Positions 1 to 12,690 of a stretch of DNA of 64,000 nt are shown piece by piece. Both the position numbers and the translations under genes were made by a program. Source of the DNA: Sphyrna mokarran (taxonomy: Eukaryota); the NCBI GenBank assembly GCA_024679065.1, contig JAGIQG010000016.1, positions 1,612,001 through 1,676,000 of the forward strand. The letters run 5' to 3'. The notes under the pieces were generated by a model that saw nothing but the letters and a program-made list of their open reading frames with translations, was not told where the DNA came from and ran no database searches. The first letter of the stretch is position 1. The number at the start of each line of letters is the position of its first letter.

Positions 1-350
1 TCCCGACTGGGAAATATATCAGCCGTTCCTTCACTGTCGCTGGGGTCAAAATCCTGGAACTCCCTGCCTAACAGCACTCTGGGTGTACCTACACCACACA
101 GGACTGCAGCAGATACAGATGGTGGCTCACCCACCCCTTCTCAAGGGGCAATTAGGGATAGGGTGTTAAGTACTGTACCTGGGCAGCAAGAGAGACAACT
201 CTGAGAGAGAATAACAAAGCTTTTGTTTTGATGAACTGTCAGAGAGGGTGGATGAGGTAATGCAGTGGATGTGGTGTACATGGACTTGCAGAAGGTGTTC
301 AATACAGTGCCACACAACAGACTTGTGAGAAAAATTATAACTTGTGGAAT
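1..350 (+). mobile_element. degenerate CR1-type LINE fragments
   Basis: WNSLP-coding 3' segment (1-190) and an [20 protein letters not shown] segment (about 250-350). Confidence 0.6.
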
Positions 351-397
351 ATATATATAAAAAATAAATCTAATTTCCATCCATTGGTTCTGCTGCC

Positions 398-725
398 TTG
401 AGGAAAAGCAGCCAACATAATTAAGGACCCCATGCACCCCGGACATTCTCTCTTCCACCTTCTTCCGTCGGGAAAAAGATACAAAAGTCTGAGGTCCCGT
501 ACCGACCGACTCAAGAACAGCTTCTTCCCTGCTGCTGTCAGACCTCTGAATGGACCTACCTAGCATTAAGTTGATCTTTCTCTGCACCCCTCGCTGTGAC
601 TGTAACACGACATTCTGCACTCTCTCCTTTCCTTCTCTATGAACAGTATGCTTTGTCTGTGTAGCGCGCAAGAAACAATACTTTTCACTGTACACTAATA
701 CATGTGATAATAATAAATCCAATCA
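398..725 (+). mobile_element. Rex1/Babar-type LINE 3' end
   Basis: Encodes IIKDPMHPGHSLFHLLPSGKRYKSLRSRTDRLKNSFFPAAVR, followed by a 3' UTR ending AATAATAAATCCAATC. The same tail occurs inverted at about 62510-62605. Confidence 0.75.
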
Positions 726-1163
726 AAAACAGGCAGGAATGACATGGAATAGAGAGTAACGGGCAGGGGTATTATTGGGGTTGGAGGGAGGTTGGTATTC
801 GTATTTCTTTGTGGGGGGGGGGATTGGTTCTGGGGCCCTGTTTTTTGACATAGTTTAATAATCTCCGTCTCGGCAAAACCTGGAAATGTCGTAAACTGTG
901 AGGACGGAGAGAAGTTGGAGTGGGTGGATGGAGGGGTTTGAGGTGGTGAATTTTGGACAGAGTGTAAAATGAGGGGTAAAATTTGGGTGGGGTGCAGGAG
1001 ACGGTGTATTGGAGCGGAGGTCATTGAAGAACGCAGGAGAGATGGAGCGAGGGGTTAATGAACCCGCTCCCTCCCCGGGACGGAGGGTGTAACGGGAACT
1101 CTGACCCCAGCCTAACCTCCCTCCTCCACCCCCCCCCCTCCTCGGGGCCTTGCCTCTCCCCAG

Positions 1164-1399
1164 GTGGTCCGATCCAGGTCACTTTCCCCCGAGATCTGAC
1201 GCTGGAGGAGGTGCAGAGGCGGAACCCGTACGTGACGGCGGGGGGGAAGTATAAACCACCGGACTGCGAGTCGGTGCACAACACGGCGATCCTGATTCCG
1301 CACCGGAACCGGGAACAGCACCTCAAACACCTGCTCTACTATCTCCACCCATTCCTACAGCGACAACAACTCAACTACGCTATCTACGTCATTCATCAG
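1164..1399 (+). CDS. B4GALT3: beta-1,4-galactosyltransferase, internal coding exon (start of catalytic domain); upstream exon(s) lie outside the window
   Basis: ctccccAG|GT acceptor and CAG|GTCAGT donor, 236 nt. Encodes GPIQVTF..GGKYKPPDC..TAILIPHRNREQHL..LHPFLQRQQLNYAIYVIHQ, the GT7 family motifs. Confidence 0.93.
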
Positions 1400-1875
1400 G
1401 TCAGTGCTGGCGAGGGGTGGGGAGGGGGGAGTGGGGCTGCAGGGGTGAGTGTGGGCAAAGGGGGTGTCAGTGTAGAGTACAGGGAATGGGAGGGGGCAGT
1501 GTGGGGAAGGGGGTGTTGGTGGCGGGGAGGGTGACAGTGGGGAGGGTTTCGTGGTCACATTCAGAGAACAGCCTCTCATCCCCCCTCGCTCTGTCCCTCT
1601 CATTCTCCTCCTCCCTCTCTCACTCCCTCCTTTTCTGGTTCCCCTCTCCCTTCCTCCTTCCCTTCCTCCCTCTCCGGTTCCCCCGCTCCCTCCCTCTCTG
1701 GAATACGGATCGGGCCTGTATTCACTGGAGTTTATCCCTGGGATGGGGGTTGTGGGCAGTGGTGAGGGAGACAGTAGATTGGACATGCTGGATGGGCTGA
1801 ATGGCCTCTCCCTCCTGTTTTCTTGGTTGTGGTGTGTGAGTCTCTCTCTCTCTCTCTCTCTCTCTGTTACACCAG

Positions 1876-2063
1876 GCTGGTAAGTACACGTTTAACCGAG
1901 CCAAGCTCCTGAATGCAGGCTTCAAAGAGGCAATGAAGGAGAATGACTGGAACTGCCTGTTTTGCCACGATGTAGACCTGATCCCGGAGGATGATCGTAA
2001 CCTCTACACATGTGAAAAAAACCCCAAACACTCCTCCATCGCCATGGACAAATTCGGCTACAA
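1876..2063 (+). CDS. B4GALT3: B4GALT exon with FNRAKLLN and the DVD metal-binding motif
   Basis: AG/GT bounded, 188 nt, phase-compatible. Encodes AGKYTFNRAKLLNAGFKEAMKENDWNCLFCHDVDLIPEDDRNLYTCEKNPKHSSIAMDKFGY. Confidence 0.95.
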
Positions 2064-2107
2064 GTAAGAAATCAATTGACTGCCCTCCACCCCCTAGGGC
2101 CACACAC

Positions 2108-2377
2108 AGTGCCGCACTGTCAGAGGGTCAGTGCTGAGGGAGTGCCGCACTGTCAGAGGGTCAGTGCTGAGGGAGCGCCGCACTGTCAGAGGGTCAGTGC
2201 TGAGGGAGCGCCGCACTGTCAGAGGGTCAGTGCTGAGGGAGCGCCGCCCTGTCAGAGGGTCAGTGCTGAGGGAGCGCCGCACTGTCAGAGGGTCAGTGCT
2301 GAGGGAGCGCCGCACTGTCAGAGGGTCAGTGCTGAGGGAGTGCCGCACTGTCAGAGGGTCAGTACTGAGGGAGCGCC
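2108..2377 (+). repeat. 33-bp minisatellite (CACTGTCAGAGGGTCAGTGCTGAGGGAGTGCCG), array 1
   Basis: About 8 tandem copies; translates as an 11-aa repeat. Confidence 0.95.
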
Positions 2378-2786
2378 CCGGGGTTAATTGTGATTATGGA
2401 TTTGCTACATTGAGTTTGTGTGATGTTGGAACCCCTGGTGGTCTGGGTTCTGTCACCCTGTGGCAGGGGGAGCGGGCTTTAGCTCCATGAATGGGTGTGC
2501 GGCAGGGGTAGTGGGAGTTGATAGAATCACATACAGGGAGCCTGGGGCTGATGATGATTGGGAATGTGTGGAGGCGGGATCGGGGGTGGGTGGGTTGCTG
2601 TGACACTTGTCACTAGAACAATCAACGTGAACTCAGTTGGAGAATTCCCTCATCCCTCTCTCTGGAATCACAGCCCATCGAGTCTTCTCTGATGTGTTAG
2701 AAAGACCTGAGCTCAGTTCCCTGCTCTTGGCCTGTAGCCCTGGATGTTCTGGTGTGAAGACTGAGTGTTATCTTTGCTCCTTCTAG

Positions 2787-2909
2787 GTTACCTTACCGAA
2801 CCTACTTCGGAGGGGTTTCTGCACTGACCCCTGATCAGTACATGAAAATCAACGGATTTCCCAACAACTACTGGGGGTGGGGTGGGGAAGATGATGATAT
2901 TGCTTCTAG
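2787..2909 (+). CDS. B4GALT3: B4GALT exon with the WGWGGEDDD catalytic motif
   Basis: AG/GT bounded, 123 nt. Encodes LPYRTYFGGVSALTPDQYMKINGFPNNYWGWGGEDDDIAS; ALTPDQY is B4GALT3-like. Confidence 0.96.
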
Positions 2910-3089
2910 GTACGTGTCTGCTTTTCTCCATTCATCAGGGTACCTCTCTCGCTGGTCAGGCTCCGTGTTTATTCCCAGACCCTATTGGCATTGTACCAAA
3001 AGCCTTCTGCAGGTCCATATACACTACATCCACCACATTACCCTCATCCACCCTCTCAGATAGCTCCCATGGACTCGTTCTGCCGGGCA

Positions 3090-4340
3090 GTGGGGAAGAA
3101 TGTGGGACTTGCTCCCACGGGGAGTGGGGGAGAATGTGGGACTTGCTCCCACGGAGAGTGGGGAGAATGTGGGACTTGCTCCCACGGGGAGTGGGGGAGA
3201 ATGTGGGACTTGCTCCCACGGAGAGTGGGGAGAATGTGGGACCCTCTCCCACGGGGAGTGGGGGAGAATGTGGGACCCTCTCCCACGGGGAGTGGGGGAG
3301 AATGTGGGACCGGCTCCCACGGGGAGTGGGGGAGAATGTGGGACCGGCTCCCACGGGGAGTGGGGGAGAATGTGGGACTGGCTCCCACGGGGAGTGGGGG
3401 AGAATGTGGGACCGGCTCCCACGGGGAGTGGGGGAGAATGTGGGACTGGCTCCCACGGGGAGTGGGGAGAATGTGGACGCGCTCCCACGGGGAGTGGGGG
3501 AGAATGTGGGACGCGCTCCCACGGGAGTGGGGAGAATGTGGGACGCGCTCCCACGGGGAGTGGGGGAGAATGTGGACGCGCTCCCACGGGGAGTGGGGGA
3601 GAATGTGGGACTCGCTCCCACGGGGAGTGGGGGAGAATGTGGGACCGGCTCCCACGGGGAGTGGGGGAGAATGTGGGACTCGCTCCCACGGGGAGTGGGG
3701 GAGAATGTGGGACGCGCTCCCACGGGGAGTGGGGGAGAATGTGGGACGCGCTCCCACGGGGAGTGGGGGAGAATGTGGGACGCGCTCCCACGGGGAGTGG
3801 GGGAGAATGTGGGACGCGCTCCCACGGGGAGTGGGGGAGAATGTGGGACGCGCTCCCACGGGGAGTGGGGGAGAATGTGGGACGCGCTCCCACGGGGAGT
3901 GGGGGAGATGTGGGACGCGCTCCCACGGGGAGTGGGGGGGAATGTGGGACCGCTCCCACGGGGAGTGGGGGAGAATGTGGGACGCGCTCCCACGGGGAGT
4001 GGGGAGAATGTGGGACGCGCTCCCCGGGAGTGGGGGAGAATGTGGGACGCGCTCCCACGGGGAGTGGGGGAGAATGTGGGACGCGCTCCCACGGGGAGTG
4101 GGGGAGAATGTGGGACGCGCTCCCACGGGGAGTGGGGGAGAATGTGGGACGCGCTCCCACGGGGAGTGGGGGAGAATGTGGGACGCGCTCCCACGGGGAG
4201 TGGGGGAGAATGTGGGACGCGCTCCCACGGGGAGTGGGGGAGAATGTGGCACTGGCTCCCACGGGGAGTGGGGGAGAATGTGGGACTCGCTCCCACGGGG
4301 AGTGGGGGAGAATGTGGGACTTGCTCCCACGGGGGAGTGG
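3090..4340 (+). repeat. 34-bp G-rich minisatellite derived from a CR1 ORF2 3' segment
   Basis: About 37 copies of GGGAGTGGGGGAGAATGTGGGACGCGCTCCCACG in a B4GALT intron. Confidence 0.95.
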
Positions 4341-4416
4341 TTGAGTTGAAGAGTATGGATATAAACAAGGATCCCTCGTTGATCCGTCTCTCCCTCTGTT
4401 CCCTGTCCGTGTCCAG

Positions 4417-4521
4417 AATCTATCTGAATGGGATGATCATAGTCCGCCCTGCCGTACAAATCGGAAAATACAAGATGATCAAGCACCCACATGATAAAGG
4501 CAATGAGGAGAATCCCAAAAG
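4417..4521 (+). CDS. B4GALT3: B4GALT exon (flexible loop containing the KH metal ligand)
   Basis: AG/GT bounded, 105 nt. Encodes IYLNGMIIVRPAVQIGKYKMIKHPHDKGNEENPK; DKGNEENP matches B4GALT3. Confidence 0.93.
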
Positions 4522-4844
4522 GTAACTCTTCCCGTTTTGTATGTGGAACGTTATGACTGTAGGTGAGGCAGGATTATAATCCAGCTCAGAAACTCCGTCG
4601 TGCTATTTGGAGCCTTCCTGGATCATTAGTCTTTTTTTTGATGTTTAACTTTAGGTATGCTTCAACTGAGCCCCTAGGGAGCTTTTATCAAAGAATATAG
4701 TTAACATGTATAGTAAGAAAATTAGCAACAACTTCTATGAATTGTAAACAAGAAATAAATCAACCACAATGTATAGCCCTTAATAAAGATATGAGGTGTT
4801 AAAATCAAAACCACAACTTCCTTTATACAAAACCCTTTCCACTC

Positions 4845-5570
4845 AGTTGGTGGTAGGGCGTTGGGGAGAGTTACAGAACAAAGCAATCTAAGCATACGGG
4901 TTCATAGCTCCTTGTAAGTGGAGTCACAGGTTGACAGAGTGGTGAAGAAGGCATTCGGCATCCTTGGTTTCATCGGTCAGAACATTGAATACAGGAGTTG
5001 GGACGTCTTGTTGAATTTGTACAAGACATTGGTAAGGCCACACTTGGAATTCTGTGTGCAATTCTGGTCACCCTATTATAGAAAGGATATTATTAAACCA
5101 GAAAAAGTGCAGTAAAGATTTACTAGGATGATCCCGGGACTTGATGGATTGAGTTATAAGGAGAGGCTGGATAGACTGGGACTTTTTTCTCTGGAGCGTA
5201 GAAGGCTGAGGGGTGATCTTATAGAGATCTATAAAATAATGAGGAGCACAGATCAGCGAGATAGTCAATATCTTTTCCCAAAGGTAGGGGAGTCTAAAAC
5301 TTGAGGGCATAGGTTTAAGGTGAGAGGGGAGAGATACAAAAGGGTCCAGAGGGGCAATTTTTCCAGAGTAGTGAGTGTCTGGAACAAGCCGGCAGAGGTA
5401 GTTGTAGAGGAGGGTACAATTTTATACTGTAAAAAGCATTTACACAGTTACATGGGCACGATGGGTATAGAGGGATATGGGCAATTGGGACTGGTTAGTG
5501 CTATTTAAAAAGAACAGCACGGACAAGTTGGGCTGAAGGGCCTGTTTCCATGCTGTAAACCTCTATGATG
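4845..5570 (+). mobile_element. CR1 LINE 3' fragment
   Basis: Encodes [19 protein letters not shown] and [12 protein letters not shown], with a typical CR1 3' tail. Confidence 0.9.
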
Positions 5571-5819
5571 ATTCAGTGCATCAAAGACTAATGCTCACGT
5601 GATCTTGGAACTGAGTCCTTTGGTTGAATGCTACAGTTCTCTCGATGCACCCAGAACTCCAGGGAGACTGGCCAAACCAGCACCAGTGGATTTTCTCCAG
5701 GAGGATTTTCAGCTAGCCAGCACAATATCCAAAAACCCAGCGAGAGGGAGAACCATTGTCTGATGTCCCTTCTCAAACTAAAACATGCAGCTCAGACCTG
5801 AAGATCAGAGAGCTTCACG

Positions 5820-6130
5820 GGTGGACAGTGATAGCCTTTTTCCTAGGATGGAGAAAGCTAGCACGAGGGGACATAGCTTTAAATTAAGGGGTGGTAGTTA
5901 TAGGACGGATGTCAGACGTATGTTTTTTACCCAGAGGGTGGTAAGGGTATGGAATGCCCTGCCTGCATCAGTTGTAGATGCGCCAAGTTTGGGGGCGTTT
6001 AAGTGGTCAGTGGATAGGTTTATGGATGAAAAGGGGAATGATTTAGGTTAGAGGGTCATTGCTTTTTCTCAATTGGTCGGTGCAACATCGAGGCCCAAAG
6101 GGCCTGTTCTGCGCTGTAATGTTCTATGTT
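5820..6130 (+). mobile_element. CR1 LINE 3' fragment with (TTCTATG) tail
   Basis: Encodes [22 protein letters not shown]. Confidence 0.88.
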
Positions 6131-6317
6131 CACCTGACCCTCAAACGTCCTTCTGACAACACAGGATCTTAAAAAAAAACCAACCCCGTTCAAACCACTG
6201 AAGGGGCAATAAAAGGGGCCCTCGTAGACAGCTCAGTGCCACACTGAGAACTCCAGGCAATGTGATTTAAAACAAAACTCTTAGAAGTACACTAACCTCA
6301 CAGGCAACTTCAATCGA

Positions 6318-6640
6318 GGCAGTGGTTCGCACTGCTACTTCACAGCCCCAGGGACCCCGGTTCGATTCCGGCCTCTGGTCTTTGTCTGTGTGGAGTCTGA
6401 TCGTTCTCCCCATACCTGCGTGGGTTTCCTAAGGGTGCTCTGGTTTCCTCCCACAGTCTGAAAGATGTGCGGGTTATGGGGATTGGCCATGCTAAATTGT
6501 CCCTTAGTGCCCAAAGATGTGTAGGTTGGGGTGGATTGGCCATGGGGAATGCGTGTGATCACGGTGGTGGGGAGATCCTGGCTAAGATGCTCATTGAGAG
6601 AGTTTGTCCATATTCAATGGGCTGAATGGCCTCTCTCCCT
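6318..6640 (+). mobile_element. tRNA-derived V-SINE (HE1-like)
   Basis: B box GGTTCGATTCC followed by the V-domain TGTGTGGAG..TTCTCCCC..GCGTGGGTTTCC..GGTTTCCTCCCACAGTC. Confidence 0.8.
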
Positions 6641-6964
6641 CTCTGTGCCATGGAGACTGTCTGGTTCCATGCCCTTAGATGATTTGTTGAATAGAAACAA
6701 TGATCGGGATAGGGGATAGAGTGTTGCGGGGGGTGGGGGGGGAAGTTAAGGTGGGGGTTGCTGTACAGAGAGCTAGCATTGACTCAATGGGCCGAATGAT
6801 CTCCTATAGTGGATACAATACTGAAATGAGATTAATATCTCCGCCTCTCCCCCCTCCCCTCTGCGTCTTTCCTCCTCCCCTCTGCCTCCTTCCCCCCCTC
6901 CCCTCTGCCTCCTTCCCCCTTCCCCTCTGCCCTCTCCCACTGTCTGCCTCTCCCCGATTCCCAG

Positions 6965-7115
6965 GTTTAATTTGCTCGCGAAGACCCGGCGTTCCTGGAA
7001 GGAAGATGGGATGAATAGCCTGGAGTACGTGGTCCTCTCTAAGGAGTACCTTCCCCTCTACACTAACATCACCGTGGACATTGGTAACGAAAGGGGTCTT
7101 CACCCACCCTCCTGA
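6965..7115 (+). CDS. B4GALT3: B4GALT terminal coding exon
   Basis: Long pyrimidine tract then CAG|G. Encodes [49 protein letters not shown], stop TGA at 7113-7115. Confidence 0.93.
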
Positions 7116-7795
7116 CACCCCCCCATCACCCCTCCTCCGCTGCAATCGATTGGTGGAGGGGGGACGGGTGAGCACCGGAGAGGAGGGAGAGAGACTGGGA
7201 GACACCGGACATTGGAATATCTCCAGGGAGCTCCGGAAAACGCTGACCAAGCGGACAGGACCTGGGGAATCTCGGGGAGAGGGACTTGTTACTGCGGAGC
7301 GACACGGACTAGTCAAACTGGCCGGGATCCTGGCAGACGGATCTGGCTCAGTCCCAGGGCTCGCGAGACTATTCCTGGGAGAATTTCCCCGCCAGTGCTC
7401 TCTCTCCAGCGAGGAACCACCTTCTTGTGTTTATGAAGTCACATTATCCAAATTTATATCGTTATATTTTATATATTTACACAATGTTGTATCGAGCTCG
7501 TGGTGGGGGTGGGGGGGGGGAGGGCGCGCGGGGGCGTGAAGGGACTCTCACACTACACACCCCCTCCTCCCCAACACTTACCTCCCCCTCCTCCCAATGC
7601 CTACCCCCACTCCCGCCCTCTCCCCCTCCCTCTCAGCCCCAAACGTTTGTCCTTATTGGGGGTTACAAGGCTGAGGTGGGCCTGATCACTGCTTCCAGCC
7701 TGGGCGGAGTGATACGAGTCGGCCGGAACTACTTTCCCTTGTGGGCGACTCCCCCCCCACCCCGGGCCACTCCTGCCACCTGCTGGTGGGATGGG

Positions 7796-8055
7796 NNNNN
7801 NNNNNNNNNNNNNNNNNNNNNNNNNNNNNNNNNNNNNNNNNNNNNNNNNNNNNNNNNNNNNNNNNNNNNNNNNNNNNNNNNNNNNNNNNNNNNNNNNNNN
7901 NNNNNNNNNNNNNNNNNNNNNNNNNNNNNNNNNNNNNNNNNNNNNNNNNNNNNNNNNNNNNNNNNNNNNNNNNNNNNNNNNNNNNNNNNNNNNNNNNNNN
8001 NNNNNNNNNNNNNNNNNNNNNNNNNNNNNNNNNNNNNNNNNNNNNNNNNNNNNNN
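7796..8055. other. assembly gap
   Basis: Run of N. Other gaps at 26621-26775, 48928-49089 and 56765-57142. Confidence 1.
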
Positions 8056-8339
8056 CCTCCTGTGCGCCCCCCCCCCCCCCCAACACTGCACACAGTTATT
8101 TCCCAAAGAATGTGTAGACTTGGCCATTTAGTTCTTCTGATCATTGTTGAACAGATTTATACCGCAAAAAATATACTTTTTTTCTACAAACATGAGGTTG
8201 GGGAAGCTTTGCAACTGTTGGGGGCGCTATGGCTGCGGGTGGGCATGGGGAGGTGTGGGGTGGGGGTTGCTGACAGGGGGTCGGGGGGGGGGTGGTGCCG
8301 TGGTTGGGTGTGGGTCTGCTGTCAGGGACGTGACAGGCA

Positions 8340-9140
8340 AAGGGTGGGGTGTGGGAGGGATGGTGAAGGGAGGAGGGTGGAGGCCAGTGAAGGGCAGAGT
8401 GTGGGGGAGTGAAGGGTGGGAGTGCGGAGGTGCTGAAGGCTGGGGGGCGGTTTGAAGGGAGAAGGGTGGGGTGTGGAGGGGTGGTGAAGAGCGGAGTGTG
8501 GGAGGGTGAAGGGTGGGGTGTGGGGGGGTGGTGTTGGTGAAGGGTGGAGGTGTGGGGGGGTTGGTGAAGGGTGGGTGTGGGGGGGTTGGTGAAGGGTGGA
8601 GGTGTGGGGGGGTTGGTGAAGGGTGAGGTGTGGGGGGGTTGGTGAGGTGGGGTGTGTGGGGGTTGGTGAAGGGTGGGGTGTGGGGGGGTGGTGTTGGTGG
8701 AGGTGTTGGGGGTTGGTGAAGGGTGGGGTGTGGGGGGGTTGGTGAAGGGTGGGGTGTGGGGGGTGGTGTTGGTGGAGGTGTGTGGGGGGTGGTGAAGGGT
8801 GGGGTGTGGGGGGGTTGGTGAAGGGGTGGTGTGGGGGGTTGTGAAGGGTGGGGTGTGGGGGGGTTGGTGAAGGGTGGGGTGTGGGGTGGTGAAGGGTGGG
8901 GTGTGGGGGGGTTGGTGAAGGGTGGGGTGTGGGGGGTTGGTGTTGGTGGAGGTGTGTGGGGGTGTGAAGGGTGGGGTGTGGGGGGGTTGGTGAAGGGTGG
9001 GGTGTGGGGGGGTTGGTGAAGGGTGGGGTGTGGGGGGGGTGTTGGTGAACGGTGGAGTGGTGGGAGGGGTAAAGGGTGGGGGGTGTGTGGGGGGTGGTGA
9101 AGGATGGGGTGTGAGGGATGAAGGGTGGGGTGTTGGGGGT
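8340..9140 (+). repeat. G-rich degenerate minisatellite (GGTGAAGGGTGGGGTGTGGGGGGGTT-like)
   Basis: Visible tandem periodicity and extreme G skew. Confidence 0.85.
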
Positions 9141-9549
9141 AGGGAAGTGTAGTTCCTCACTTCCTCCCCCACCCCACCCACCTTGCGGATTGCGAGTGTT
9201 ACTGGCACCCAAAGGTTATTGGAGATGTTTCCAGAATGTGGGGCACGAGGGGGTCACAAATCCGTGGATTTAAGAGCAGGGAATGGCCACTCGACCCCTC
9301 GATCCTGCTATCCCGTTCAATCTGATCGTGGCCGATCTGACTGACTTTGCCCCCCCCCCCCATTCCCCCAATAACCCTTGGCCTCCTTCCGTCAGTTGAG
9401 AATCTTTGTGACTCTGCCTTATAAACATTCATAGACTCAACTTCCACTGCCTTCTGAGGCAGAGTGTTCCAGAAACTACCCCCCAAGGGAAAACATTACC
9501 CCCATCTCTATCTGAAGTGAGCAGCCCCTTATTTTCAAACAGTGACCCC

Positions 9550-9586
<37 letters not shown>

Positions 9587-9819
9587 CGCCCCGGTTCCAG
9601 ATTCTCCCACAAGAGGGAACATTCTCTCCACACCCACCCTGTCAGTAACCCCCTTCCCCCCTCAGGATCTGAAAGGTTTCTATCAAGTTGTCCCTCACTC
9701 TTCCAAACTCCAGCGGGTACAAACCGAACCTCCCCCACCTCCCCTGTAAAACACCCTGCCCGTTCCTGGTGTTCGCCTGGGAAACCTCCGAGCCGCTTCC
9801 AACACACGGATATCTGCCA

Positions 9820-10630
9820 CACGGGAGGTGGCAAATGGAGTTTAATGTGGAAAAGTGTGAGGTAATGCACTATGGCAGGAATAATAAATGTGTAGAGTAT
9901 AGGGCAAATGGTAGGATTCTTAGTAGTCTAGATGAACAGAGGGATCCTGGTGTGTATGTGCATAGATCCCTGAAAGTAGGCAGTCAGGTCGAGAAGGTTG
10001 TTAGGAAGGCATATGGAGTCTTGGCTTTTATTGGTAGAGGGATTGAATTTCGGAGCCGCCACGTCATGTTGCAACTGTACAAAACTCTAGTGCGGCCGCA
10101 CTTGGAGTATTGTGTGCAGTTCTGGTCCCCACATTATAAGAAAGATTGGAGGCATTGGAGAGGGTACAGAGGAGGTTTACCAGGATGTTGCCTGGTATGG
10201 AGGGCAGGTCTTATGAGGAGAGGCTGAGGGATTTGAGGGTGTTTTCGTTAGAAAGGAGGAGGCTAAGAGGGGACCTGATCGAAACATGTAAGATGATTAG
10301 AGGTTTAGATAGGGTGGACAGTGATAGCCTTTTTCCTAGGATGGAAAAAGCTAGCACGAGGGGACACAGCTTTAAATTAAGGGTGATAGTTATAGGACGG
10401 ATATCAGAGGTAGGTTCTTTACCCAAAGGGTGGTTCGGGAGTGGAATGCCCTGCCTGCAGCAGTTGTAAATGCGCCAAGTTTGGTGGCGTTTAAGAGGTT
10501 AGTTGATAAGTATATGGAAGAGAAGAGAATGGTTTAGTTTGGAGGGGCATTGCTTTTTATATTGGTCGGCGCAACATCGAAGGCCGAAGGGCCTGTTCTG
10601 TGCTGTATTGTTCTATGTTCTATGTTCTAT
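9820..10630 (+). mobile_element. young CR1 LINE, 5'-truncated
   Basis: Encodes [30 protein letters not shown]; (TTCTATG)n tail. Same subfamily as 12691-13240, 14454-14985 and 31216-33403. Confidence 0.92.
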
Positions 10631-10909
10631 CTCTCCTTCAATAAGGAGAGCCAAAACTGTACACAACACTCCACTCCTGATCCCACCAACGCCCTGTACA
10701 ACTGCAGCGTAACCTCTCTGCTCTGGCGTTCGATTGGGATCTGTGCGCGTCCAAGAATCTTCAGCTCCCCCCACAATCCCGATCACTCAGTCCTCCGAGG
10801 AATCCTCTGACCACAGAGAGGGCGAGAGAGAGAGAGCGCCAAGTCCTTCCAACACCACCATGACACCTTTCAGATGGTTCCGAGGTCCGGTGGGATAAAA
10901 GAGCAAGGA

Positions 10910-12350
10910 AAATTCCAGCATGGGAACAGGCCCTTCGGCCCCTCCAAGCCTGCTCTGACCATGCTGCCCCAACTGAACTAAAACCCCCTACCCTTCCGGG
11001 GACCGTATCCCTCTATTCCCATCCTAATCATGGATTTGCCCAGACTCCCCTTAAAACTCACTCCCGTATCCGCTTATACTCCCCCCGCCCTGGCAGCGAG
11101 TTCCAGGCACCCACCACCCTCTGTGTAAAAAATCTGCCTCGTACATTTCCTTTAAACTTTGCCCCCTCGCACTTTAAACCTGTGCCCCCGAGTAATTGAC
11201 TCTCCCACCCTGGGGAAAAAGCTTCTGATTGGAGTCATTGAGGTTTACAGCATGGAAACAGACCCTTCAGCCCAAGTTGTCCATGCTGTCCTTATTTTTT
11301 TTAAACCTCTAAGCTAGTCCCAATTGCCCACATGTGGATATATGGTCCATATCCTTCTATACCCATCGTGCCCAGGTAACTATCTAAATGCTTTTTAAAA
11401 GATAAAATTGTTCCCGTCTCTACTACTGCCTCTGGCAGCTCGTTCCAGACACTCCCCACCCTCTGGGTGAAAAAACCCCCCCTCTGGACTCTTTTGTATC
11501 TCTCCCCTCTCACCTTAAACCTATTCCCTCTAGTTTTAGACTCCCCCCTACCTTTGGGGAAAAGATATTGACTATCTTGCTGATCTGTGCCCCTCATTAT
11601 TTTATAAACCTCTATAAGATCACCCCTCAGCCTCCTACGCTCCAGAGAAAAAAGTCCCAGTCTATCCAGCCTCTCCTTATAACTCAATCCATCAAGTCCC
11701 GGTAACATCCTAGTAAATCTTTTCTACACTCTTTCTAGTTTAATAATATCCTTTCTATAATAGGGTGACCAGAACTGTACACAGTATTCCAAGTGTGGCT
11801 TTACCAATGTCTTGTACAACTTCAACAAGACGTCCCAACTCCTGTATTCAATGTTCTGACCAATGAAACCAAGCATTGCCGAATGGCTTCTTCACCACTC
11901 TGTCCACCTGTGACTCCACTTTCAAGGAGCTATGAACCTGTACCCCGAGATCTCTTTGTTCTGTAACTCTCCCCAACACCCTACCATTAACTGAGTAAGT
12001 CCTGCCCTGGTTCAATCGACCAAAATGCATCACCTCACATTTATCTAAATTAAACTCCTTCTGCCGTTTGTCAGCCCACTGACCCAATTGATCAAGATCC
12101 CGTTGTAATCTAAGATTACCTTCCTCACTTCCCACTATACCACTGATCTTACTGTCATCTGCAAACTTACTAACTATCTGGATAAATTCTCATCCAGATC
12201 CTTAATATAAATGACAAATAACAGACATCCTTTCTGTCCACGCCTCTCATAATCTTGTAGACTTCTATCAGGTCTCCCCTCAATCACCATCACTCCAGTG
12301 AGAACAAACCAAGTTTCTCCAACCTCTCCTCGTAGTTAATGCCTTCCATA
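10910..12350 (-). mobile_element. stacked CR1 LINE 3' fragments
   Basis: ORFs 11301-11708 and 11848-12135 encode CR1 RT C-terminus; two 3' tails are present. Confidence 0.88.
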
Positions 12351-12690
12351 GACGTGCCCTTCAGAGACGTGGATAGAGCAGGGGCAGGAATGGTTGTGGC
12401 AGGTTCCGGGGTTCAGATGTTTCAGTCAGAGCAGAAGTGGTGGTAGAAGAGGGGGAGGAGTGGCATTGTTAGTTAAGGACAGCATTACGGTGGCAGAAAA
12501 GATGTTTGATGTGGACTTGTCTGCTGAGGTAGTGTGGGCTGAGATTAGAAACAAGAAAGGAGAGGTCACACTGTTGGGAGTTTTTTTATAGGCCTCCAAA
12601 AAGTTCCAGAGAAGTAGAGGAAGGGATTGCAAAGTTGATCCTGGATAGGTGTGAAAGTAACAGGGTAGTTGTGATGGGGGACTTTAACTT

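Noticed and set aside
1058-1163. ORF-track N-terminus for B4GALT3
   Set aside because: This is intronic sequence before the acceptor at 1163. It has no type II TM anchor, so the true first exon is upstream of the window.
2882-4525. 410-550-aa ORFs in all six frames
   Set aside because: They are translations of a stop-free 34-bp minisatellite in a B4GALT intron. Only 4417-4521 and the short overlap with the exon ending at 2909 are real coding sequence.
4545-6302. possible solo LTR split by two CR1 insertions (and a possible LTR near 46100-46300)
   Set aside because: Composition is suggestive, but I could not identify paired termini, a TSD or a PBS/PPT from the sequence alone.
1164-7115. B4GALT1, B4GALT2 or B4GALT4 identity
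   Set aside because: ALTPDQY, EDDDIA, DKGNEENP.RF.LL and DGMNSL..YTNIT.DIG match B4GALT3 best, although a B4GALT3-like paralog cannot be excluded.
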